Assembly: GCA_020721945.1 (NCBI GenBank) | Contig: DYLT01000018.1 | Location: 1-31,094 of the forward strand | Source: Blastopirellula marina | GTDB lineage: Bacteria; Planctomycetota; Planctomycetia; Pirellulales; Thermoguttaceae | Direction of reading: 5' to 3' | DNA: 31,094 bases | In this document: piece after piece, positions 25,149 through 31,094 of the stretch | Layout: every line of letters begins with the position of its first letter | How positions within the stretch are numbered: the stretch's first letter is position 1 | The notes under the pieces: generated by a model | Database searches by the model: none | What the model was told of the DNA's origin: nothing | What the model saw: the letters and a program-made list of their open reading frames with translations, nothing else | Program-made: the position numbers and the translations under genes

Positions 25149-26312
25149 ATGAAACCCCTACGCATCGCCATGATCGGCTGCGGCTTCATGGGCCGCGCGC
25201 ACTCGAACGCCTGGAGCCAAGTGAACCACTTCTTCCCCCGCGAGCACCAGCCCGTGCTCCAGGTGGCCGTGGCCCGGCCCGAGGAGAAGGACAAACTCGA
25301 GAAGTTCCAGAAGGCCTGGGGTTACCAGGAAATCGCGTTCGACTGGAAGAAGACGGTCGCGCGCCGCGACATCGACCTGGTCGACGTGTGCGTGCCGAAC
25401 AACATGCACCACGACGTGGTCATTGCGGCGGCCGAGGCGGGCAAGATGGTCGTCTGCGAGAAGCCCCTGGCCATGAACGTCCAGGAAGCCCAGGCCATGG
25501 TCGCCGCCGTCGAGAAGGCCGGCGTCAAGAACATGTGCTCGTTCAACTACCGGCGGGTGCCGGCCATCTCGCTGGCCAGGCAGATCGTCGACGAAGGGCG
25601 CATCGGGCGGCCGTTCCACTACTGGGCCACGTACAACCAGGACTACACCATCTCGGCCGACGTGCCCCAGGGCGGCATGGCCCTTTGGCGACTCGACTCG
25701 AAGGTGGCTGGCTCGGGCGTGACGGGCGACCTGTTGGCCCACTCGATCGACACGGCCGAGTGGCTCAACGGCCCCATCGCCCGCGTCACCGCGGCCACCG
25801 AGACCTTCGTCAAGGAACGGAAGCACGCCGAGACCGGGAAAATCGAGAAGGTGGGCATCGACGACGCCTGCCTCTTCATCGCGATCTTCAAGAACGGCTC
25901 GATGGGGACCTTCGTCAGCACGCGCTACGCCCGCGGACGGAAGAACTACAACACCTTCGAGCTGAACGGCGAGCTGGGGGCGGTCCACTTCAACCTCGAA
26001 AACCCGCACCTGTTGGACTACTTCCGTTACGCCGACCCGAAGACCGGGGCCAAGATCGAGGACCACCTGACCGGCTGGCAGACGATCCACGTGACGAACT
26101 TCGAGCATCCGTACATGAAGAACTGGTGGGTGCCCGGCTGCACGATCGGCTACGAGCACACGTTCATCAACCAGTTCGCCGATTTCCTGGCGGAGCTGGA
26201 AGGCGGCCCGAAGTTCCAGCCCGATCTGCGCAGCGCCCTGCGCACCCAACAGGTCTGCGACTCGGTGCTCGAAAGCGCGCGGACCAGGCAATGGGTGGAG
26301 ATCCCCGGCTGA
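25149..26312 (+). CDS. Gfo/Idh/MocA family NAD(P)-dependent oxidoreductase
   Basis: Rossmann N-terminus MKPLRIAMIGCGFMGRAHSNAW, EKPLA motif (VVCEKPLAMNVQEAQAMV) and C-terminal alpha/beta domain. ATG 25149 preceded by GAGGAG. Confidence 0.85.
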   Translation: MKPLRIAMIGCGFMGRAHSNAWSQVNHFFPREHQPVLQVAVARPEEKDKLEKFQKAWGYQEIAFDWKKTVARRDIDLVDVCVPNNMHHDVVIAAAEAGKMVVCEKPLAMNVQEAQAMVAAVEKAGVKNMCSFNYRRVPAISLARQIVDEGRIGRPFHYWATYNQDYTISADVPQGGMALWRLDSKVAGSGVTGDLLAHSIDTAEWLNGPIARVTAATETFVKERKHAETGKIEKVGIDDACLFIAIFKNGSMGTFVSTRYARGRKNYNTFELNGELGAVHFNLENPHLLDYFRYADPKTGAKIEDHLTGWQTIHVTNFEHPYMKNWWVPGCTIGYEHTFINQFADFLAELEGGPKFQPDLRSALRTQQVCDSVLESARTRQWVEIPG

Positions 26313-26359
26313 AAGGAAGCGCTAGGGACAGAACCAGCATGACGGGGGAATGACGAGTG

Positions 26360-26403
26360 GCGAAGTGCGAGTGACGAATGCCCGTTCGTCGTTCGCGCTT
26401 CGC
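26360..26403 (+). other. Imperfect nested hairpin plus direct repeat (GCCCGTTCGTCGT x2) in the oxidoreductase-to-acpH-like spacer
   Basis: GCGAAGTGCGA...TCGCGCTTCGC outer arms with GACGAA-TGCCCG-TTCGTC inner palindrome. Direct repeat at 26380-26392 and 26402-26414. Confidence 0.3.
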
Positions 26404-26446
26404 CCGTTCGTCGTCGTTGGACTCTCGGCATGCGTCATTCTTGCCC

Positions 26447-27130
26447 ATGAACTACTTCGCCCACGCCTGCCGTTTCCTCGACGACCCGTGCTTCGTGGCC
26501 GGAACCGGCGTTCCCGACTGGCTCTCGGTGTGCGACCGCGGGGTGCGGGTGCGGGCGAAGCGCGTGGCCCCGGCGGCCGAGACCTGGGGTGGGCCCGCCG
26601 GGGCGATCGCGAGGGGCGTGCTCCAGCACCTGGGCGACGACACGTGGTTCCACGACACCCGCGGTTTCGCCGAGCTGATGCTGGCCCTTCGCGCGATGGT
26701 AAGGCGAGTATCGCCTTCGGACGGTGGGCTGCGCGCGGGGTTCCTCGGCCATTTGCTGGTCGAGTTGCTGTTGGACGCCGCCCTAATTGCCGAGAACCCC
26801 GCGCGATTGGACGAGTATTACCGCCTGCTCGACCGGGTCGACGCGGCCTTTGTCGAGCGGACGGTCAACCGGCTCGTGCCCCGGCCCACCGACCGCCTGG
26901 CCCGCATGATCGCGACCTTCCGGCAGGCCCGGATCTTGTGGGATTACCTCGAAGACGCCACACTATTGGTGCGGGTGAACCAGGTGCTTCGGCGCGTGGG
27001 GCTGGAACCGCTGCCCGAGCGATTCCGCGATACGCTGGCCGAGGCGCGCCCGCTGGTTGCGGCCCGCCTGCCGGTACTGGCGCCGCATGGTTCGCTGACC
27101 GTCCCGAGGCGGCGAGGGACACCCTGGTGA
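26447..27130 (+). CDS. Acyl-carrier-protein phosphodiesterase (AcpH)-like protein
   Basis: N-terminus MNYFAHACRFLDDP (cf. E. coli AcpH MNFLAHLHLA). Conserved mid-region (HLGDDTWFHDT, FLGHLLVELLLD). ATG 26447 (M24 of the track ORF). Confidence 0.5.
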   Translation: MNYFAHACRFLDDPCFVAGTGVPDWLSVCDRGVRVRAKRVAPAAETWGGPAGAIARGVLQHLGDDTWFHDTRGFAELMLALRAMVRRVSPSDGGLRAGFLGHLLVELLLDAALIAENPARLDEYYRLLDRVDAAFVERTVNRLVPRPTDRLARMIATFRQARILWDYLEDATLLVRVNQVLRRVGLEPLPERFRDTLAEARPLVAARLPVLAPHGSLTVPRRRGTPW

Positions 27131-27209
27131 GTCCCTCGCTGGCGTTTCGGGTTCGTGTGTGATCAGGACCGCGAATTCTCCACCCTCCTCTGAACCTGGA
27201 GACGACTCG

Positions 27210-28064
27210 ATGCGTTTCGGCATGAACCTGCTGATGTGGACCGACACCCTTTCGGACAATATGCTGCCTTTGTTGGACGAGTTGAAGGCGATCGGTTTCG
27301 ACACGGTCGAGATCCCCTGCTTTGACCTCGACAATCTCGACAATTACGCGAAGTGGGGCAAGCGGTTCGACGCGTTGGGGTTGGCGCGTACGGGCACGGC
27401 GGTTCGTGGGCCGGGCGAGAACCCGATCAGCACCGATCCGGCCGTGCGCCGCAAGGGCATCGAGGCGAACAAGCGGAACCTCGACTGCTGCGCCGCGGCC
27501 GGGTGCTCGGTGATGGCCGGGCCGATCCACTCGGCCCTGGGCGTGTTCAGCGGCAAGGGCCCCACGGCCGACGAGTGGAAATGGGGCGTCGAGGCCATGC
27601 GCGAGGTGGCCGAGCATGCCGAGAAGGTGGGCGTGACGCTGGGCGTCGAGTACCTGAATCGGTTCGAGTGCTACTTCCTCAACACGGCCGCCGACGGCGC
27701 CCGCTTCTGCCGCGAGGTGAACCACCCCCGCTGCCAGATGATGTACGACACCTTCCACGCCCATATCGAAGAGAAGAGCATTCCTGCCGCCATCCGGGCC
27801 CTCAAGGGCTTGCTCGCCCACGTCCACATCTCGGAGAACGACCGGAGCACTCCGGGCTCGGGCAACGTCCGCTGGGACCAGAACTTCGACACGCTCCACG
27901 AGATCGGCTACCACGGCACGATGGTCGTCGAGGCCTTCGGGCTGGCGTTGGAGAAACTCATCCCGGCCACCAAGATCTGGCGCAAGATGTATCAGACCGA
28001 GCGCCAACTGGCCGCCGATGCCCTCAAGTTCATGCAGACCGAGGTCGCCCGGCGGTGGAAGTGA
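27210..28064 (+). CDS. Sugar phosphate isomerase/epimerase, xylose-isomerase-like TIM barrel (tagatose/psicose-3-epimerase-like)
   Basis: MRFGMNLLMWTDTL...FDTVEIP...LGVEYLNRFECYFLNTAADG...DTFHAHIEEKS...AHVHISENDRSTPGSG...GYHGTMVVEAF are classic family blocks including the catalytic Glu in NRFE and metal-binding H/D/E. ATG 27210 preceded by GGAGA. Confidence 0.8.
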   Translation: MRFGMNLLMWTDTLSDNMLPLLDELKAIGFDTVEIPCFDLDNLDNYAKWGKRFDALGLARTGTAVRGPGENPISTDPAVRRKGIEANKRNLDCCAAAGCSVMAGPIHSALGVFSGKGPTADEWKWGVEAMREVAEHAEKVGVTLGVEYLNRFECYFLNTAADGARFCREVNHPRCQMMYDTFHAHIEEKSIPAAIRALKGLLAHVHISENDRSTPGSGNVRWDQNFDTLHEIGYHGTMVVEAFGLALEKLIPATKIWRKMYQTERQLAADALKFMQTEVARRWK

Positions 28065-28069
28065 CCGTT

Positions 28070-29908
28070 TCAGGTCGCCGCCTGCGACGTATCGTCGGCG
28101 GCGGACCGTGGCGTGGTCGCCGCCGGGGGTGCCCCATCGCCGCTGGTCATCTTGCGGAGCCATTCGGCCACTTGCGGCGGCAGCGAATCGAGGAACCCTT
28201 CGGCGAAGGTCGCCGCGCGTTGGCCTTGATAGAAGGCCGAGGCGATCCGCTGCACCGCGGTGGGGTCGCCCCAGAGGTTCACGTTGGCCTTGGCCAGGGC
28301 TTCGCCCATGGCGCGGGCGGCGGCGATCTTCGCTTCTTTCTCGGCCTGGATCGTGGCCAGTTGGACCTGAAGCTCGCGCGCGATGCTCTCGAACTTGGCT
28401 TGGCCTTCCAGGTCGCGGATCTTCACGGTCACGCGGGCGTCTTCCACGTTGACCTGCTCGCGCGCCACGTTGACCGGCACCATCTGGACCGCCCGTTCAC
28501 CCTCGGCTTCGAGGGTCTTGGACTCCTTGTCGGCCTCGGCCAGGGCGATGCGGGCTTTGGCCTGCTTGTCGGCGGCAAGCTGCTCGGCCTCGGCCTTCTT
28601 GACCTCGGCGTAGGCTGCCACGTCGGCCTGCATCTGGCGTTCGATCTTCTGTTGCTCGACGATCGCTTGCTTGGCGATGATGGCCTTCTCCTTCTCGCGC
28701 TCCGCGGTGAGCTTGACCTCGACGGTCTTCACCTCCTGGGCCGCGGCCTCGCGTTCGCGCTGGGCGGCAAGCTGCCGGGCCTCGGTCTCGGCCCGGTTCT
28801 TCTCGGCCTCGGCAATGGCGATTTGTTGGGCGCGCCGCGCGAGTTCGACCGCGCGCTGCCGCTCGACTTCGGCGACTTCCTTGGCTTGCTCGCGCAATTG
28901 GTTGGCCACTTCGATGGCCTTGGTCTGATCGACGCGGGCCAGCTCGATCTGGCGTTCGGCCTCGACCTGGGCGATGCCCGCCAGCCGCGCCTGCTCGGCC
29001 GCCACGGTCTTCGCCCGCTGCTCGGCCTGGGCCCGGTTGATGTTGATTTCGGCCTGGGCGTCGGCCTGGGCCTTGGCCTCGACGATGTTCTGCTGAGCAA
29101 TGTACTGGGCCGTGCGCACGTCCTGTTCCTTGACGCGCTGGTCGGCCTCGCGCTGGATCGTGTTCCGCGCGACACGCTGCGACTGGACCTTCTCGGCGAT
29201 GGTCCGGGCCCCTTCGGCATCGAACACGTTCTCCTCGGGTCGCATCGACTCGAGCGGTGCCTGGTCGAGGCTCGAAATGGTCACCGACTCGAGGGTCAGG
29301 CCGTTGGGCTTGAGGTCCTCGGCGACGATGCGTTGGACCGCCTCGGCGAACTCGGCCCGCTTGGCGTTCAAATCGTGCAGCGTCTGCTGGGCGGCCACGG
29401 TGCGCAGCGCCGAAACGAGTTTCTCCTGGATGAGCCCCTGCACCGAATGGGCGTCGCCCGAGATCGCCCCGAGCGAGGTGGCCGCCTGCTCGATGGCCCG
29501 CTCGTCCTTCTGCACGCGCACGTAGAACACGGCCTTCACGTCGGCGCGGAGGAAATCGGCGGTAATCAGCGCGTCAGGGCCCGTGCGGTCGATCTGGAGC
29601 TTGAAGGTGCGCAACGAGACGGGGATCAACTCGTGGACCACGGGGATCACCAGCGCTCCGCCGTCGATGATGCACTTGCGCCCGCCAAGACCCGTCTTCA
29701 CGAAGGCCTCGTCGGCCGTGGTCTTGCGGTACAACCGCGTGAAGATCACGAGGAAGCCGAAAAGCAAGAACACGGCGATGCCGCCGATGAGCATCACCGG
29801 CCCGGAGTACGGAGGCAGGTTCTTAAGCAACAGCGACGCGACGATCAGGCCGATGCCCGCCAGCACTCCCGCGTTCAGGAACATCCCCAACGAGCTACTG
29901 CGGTTCAT
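28070..29908 (-). CDS. Flotillin-like SPFH/band-7 domain protein
   Basis: N-terminal TM helix (MNRSSSLGMFLNAGVLAGIGLIVASLLL). SPFH domain. Long Ala/Glu/Gln/Arg-rich coiled-coil (AEAERQIELARVDQTKAIEVANQLREQAKEVAEVERQRAVELARRAQQIAIAEAEK...). Start ATG 29908 (M128 of the track ORF). It overlaps the upstream nfeD-like stop in an ATGA arrangement. Confidence 0.8.
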   Translation of the reverse strand: MNRSSSLGMFLNAGVLAGIGLIVASLLLKNLPPYSGPVMLIGGIAVFLLFGFLVIFTRLYRKTTADEAFVKTGLGGRKCIIDGGALVIPVVHELIPVSLRTFKLQIDRTGPDALITADFLRADVKAVFYVRVQKDERAIEQAATSLGAISGDAHSVQGLIQEKLVSALRTVAAQQTLHDLNAKRAEFAEAVQRIVAEDLKPNGLTLESVTISSLDQAPLESMRPEENVFDAEGARTIAEKVQSQRVARNTIQREADQRVKEQDVRTAQYIAQQNIVEAKAQADAQAEININRAQAEQRAKTVAAEQARLAGIAQVEAERQIELARVDQTKAIEVANQLREQAKEVAEVERQRAVELARRAQQIAIAEAEKNRAETEARQLAAQREREAAAQEVKTVEVKLTAEREKEKAIIAKQAIVEQQKIERQMQADVAAYAEVKKAEAEQLAADKQAKARIALAEADKESKTLEAEGERAVQMVPVNVAREQVNVEDARVTVKIRDLEGQAKFESIARELQVQLATIQAEKEAKIAAARAMGEALAKANVNLWGDPTAVQRIASAFYQGQRAATFAEGFLDSLPPQVAEWLRKMTSGDGAPPAATTPRSAADDTSQAAT

Positions 29909-30612
29909 GACGATTCTCCCGAGATAGGCGTGGTGGCCCGGACCAAGAACACGTCGGTCGCCGGATCGTACTCGACGAGGTCGACGCGCGTGCCCGACGG
30001 AATCGGCTCGTCGTTCCAACTGCGGCAGTCGAGGTCGAGCAGATTGCCCGTGGGATCGCACAGCCGCACCGTGCCCGAGGTCGGCGTGACCTCGTAAAGC
30101 ACCTCGCCGATCTGGCCGACGAGGTCTTCCTTGGGCGTGTGGTACGACTCCTCGCGAGGCATCAGGCGGCCGATGCCCTCGGCCAAGAGGCGGGTACCGC
30201 CGACGGCCACCAGGCCGGTAAACGCCAAGGTCTTGACGATCGCCTCGGTCCCAAACAGCCCGTTCAGCGCCAACCCCACGCCACCCCACAGCGACAAGAA
30301 ACTGATCAAAACCACCGAGATGGGCACCTTGCCGATACCCAGCAGGCCCAGCACACTGCCCAAGAACGAGGGATGATGGGCGTGGCTGTCGTGCCCCGCA
30401 TGGGCTTCATGGTCGGCGTCGTGCCCGGCGTCGGCGTGGACGTCGTGCCCGGCGTCGAAATGGACGTCGTGGGCCACGTCGAGGTGGACGTCGTGGGCCA
30501 CGTCGAGGTCCTGGTCACCGATCGACAAGCCGACCGACATCAGCAGGACATAGATCACCGCGACGCCCAGCGGCAAGAGAAAGATCAGGTTCTGCCATTC
30601 AAGGAATGCCAT
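29905..30612 (-). CDS. NfeD/YqiJ-like membrane protein with His/Asp-rich repeat segment and C-terminal OB-fold; flotillin operon partner
   Basis: TM helices (MAFLEWQNLIFLLPLGVAVIYVLLMSVGL; SFLGSVLGLLGIGKVPISVVLISFLSLWGGVGLALNGLF). Repeat DLDVAHDVHLDVAHDVHFDAGHDVHADAGHDADHEAHAGHDSHAHH. C-terminal beta-rich OB-like region. 4-nt ATGA overlap with the flotillin start implies translational coupling. Confidence 0.7.
   Translation of the reverse strand: MAFLEWQNLIFLLPLGVAVIYVLLMSVGLSIGDQDLDVAHDVHLDVAHDVHFDAGHDVHADAGHDADHEAHAGHDSHAHHPSFLGSVLGLLGIGKVPISVVLISFLSLWGGVGLALNGLFGTEAIVKTLAFTGLVAVGGTRLLAEGIGRLMPREESYHTPKEDLVGQIGEVLYEVTPTSGTVRLCDPTGNLLDLDCRSWNDEPIPSGTRVDLVEYDPATDVFLVRATTPISGESS
30412..30507. 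repeat. ~24-bp imperfect tandem DNA repeat (x4) encoding the D-V-x-H-D-V-H repeats of the NfeD-like protein
   Basis: ATGGACGTCGTGGGCCACGTCGAG (30460-30483) and GTGGACGTCGTGGGCCACGTCGAG (30484-30507) are identical apart from their first base. Two more diverged copies lie upstream (GTGGACGTCGTGCCCGGCGTCGAA...). Confidence 0.55.
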
Positions 30613-30873
30613 CGCTCGTCTTCCCACGTCCTCGTGCTGCGTGGGCGACGCGAGGATCGACCACCGCCTGCCCTACGCGACGCCCACGCAATTATGGCTT
30701 ACTCCTGCCCTGTCATTCGCCGCTTGCGTCGAGTTCTTTAATGGCCTTGGTGGGCCAGCATCGTACGCGAAACGCCGCGAATGGCCGAAAACCCCCACCC
30801 GTGGTAGTATCCCCCTCCCCCGATGGCCCTTTCAGCCGCTGGCCCCGAACTCCTCTGGCCGCTGCATACGAAT

Positions 30874-31035
30874 CCGAAGCACCAGCGAGGGCGCACGGTT
30901 CCACGATCGCTCCCGCCGGTCACTGGACACTCGCGACGGCCAACCCGAAGCGCCAGCAGGGGGGAGACGGTTTCATGGCCCTCACTGGCGCTTCGGGTTT
31001 GTTTCGCTTGGGGACCCTCGCTGGCGCTTCGGGTT
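30874..31035. repeat. Nested inverted-repeat element: four copies of a 15-18 bp motif (CCGAAGCGCCAGCGAGGG family) in + + - - orientation within non-coding DNA
   Basis: A1 30874-30891 CCGAAGCACCAGCGAGGG. A2 30942-30956 AACCCGAAGCGCCAG. A3 30985-30999 CTGGCGCTTCGGGTT is the exact reverse complement of A2. A4 31015-31035 CCCTCGCTGGCGCTTCGGGTT is the reverse complement of A1 with one mismatch. The whole 480-bp region 30613-31094 has no credible ORF. Confidence 0.5.
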
Positions 31036-31094
31036 AGTAGGGTGCATTTCAGCTTTTGCAGATTTCGGCGGGTAGTTTGGGGGGGTTGGAAGGT

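Noticed and set aside
30613-30873. Promoter for the minus-strand nfeD-floT operon (minus-strand ATGACA ... CATAAT, seen on the plus strand as ATTATG at about 30691-30696 and TGTCAT downstream)
   Set aside because: The spacer between the -35-like and -10-like hexamers is only 14 nt, outside the functional range. It is left as unassigned.
31013-31022. 8-9 nt identity (CCCTCGCT) between the tRNA-Asp 3' end and repeat A4, which could indicate an att-site duplication
   Set aside because: Too short to be significant in GC-rich DNA, and no integrase or other mobile-element genes lie in between.
1-31094. CRISPR arrays, transposases, integrases, toxin-antitoxin pairs, prophage genes
   Set aside because: Scanning by eye found no regularly spaced direct repeats of CRISPR type and no ORF with recognisable DDE or tyrosine-recombinase motifs. 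The only repeat structures are the 24-bp coding tandem repeat in the nfeD-like gene and the nested inverted repeats at 30874-31035, both reported separately.

Overview
High-G+C chromosomal segment. Gene content suggests a Planctomycetota-like organism: many xylose-isomerase-like TIM-barrel and Gfo/Idh/MocA paralogs, a four-helix-bundle IVS-family protein, very large secreted proteins and weak Shine-Dalgarno sequences. That placement is inference. The six-frame track shows long ORFs on nearly every strand and frame; most are antisense or alternate-frame artefacts of GC-rich codon usage and I rejected them.

Real content, left to right:
- A 3'-partial sigma-54-dependent response regulator (NtrC family) at the window edge.
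- A conserved housekeeping block: prs, rplY/ctc, pth, rpsF, ssb, rplI, dnaB. There is no rpsR between ssb and rplI.
- On the minus strand, prc (tail-specific protease) and a long-form CbiX/SirB chelatase.
- A secreted PQQ-like beta-propeller protein.
- Two convergent large secreted multidomain glycoside-hydrolase-like proteins; one carries an internal Cys4 zinc ribbon.
- An SNF2-family helicase followed by a SWIM zinc-finger protein with a histone-like basic tail.
- A secreted nucleoside hydrolase and tRNA-Asp(GTC).
- A carbohydrate-type cluster: a class-I-PMI-like cupin, a TIM-barrel sugar isomerase/epimerase, an inserted four-helix-bundle (23S rRNA IVS-family) protein, a Gfo/Idh/MocA oxidoreductase, an AcpH-like protein and a second TIM-barrel isomerase/epimerase.
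- An nfeD-flotillin operon on the minus strand. The NfeD gene has a His/Asp-rich segment encoded by ~24-bp tandem DNA repeats.
- A 480-bp non-coding tail with a nested set of four 15-18 bp inverted repeats.

I found no CRISPR array, transposase or integrase.

The most unusual items are:
- the SNF2-SWIM module;
- the convergent giant secreted proteins;
- the cupin/TIM-barrel/oxidoreductase cluster with the 4HB insertion;
- the nested inverted-repeat element at the 3' end of the window.
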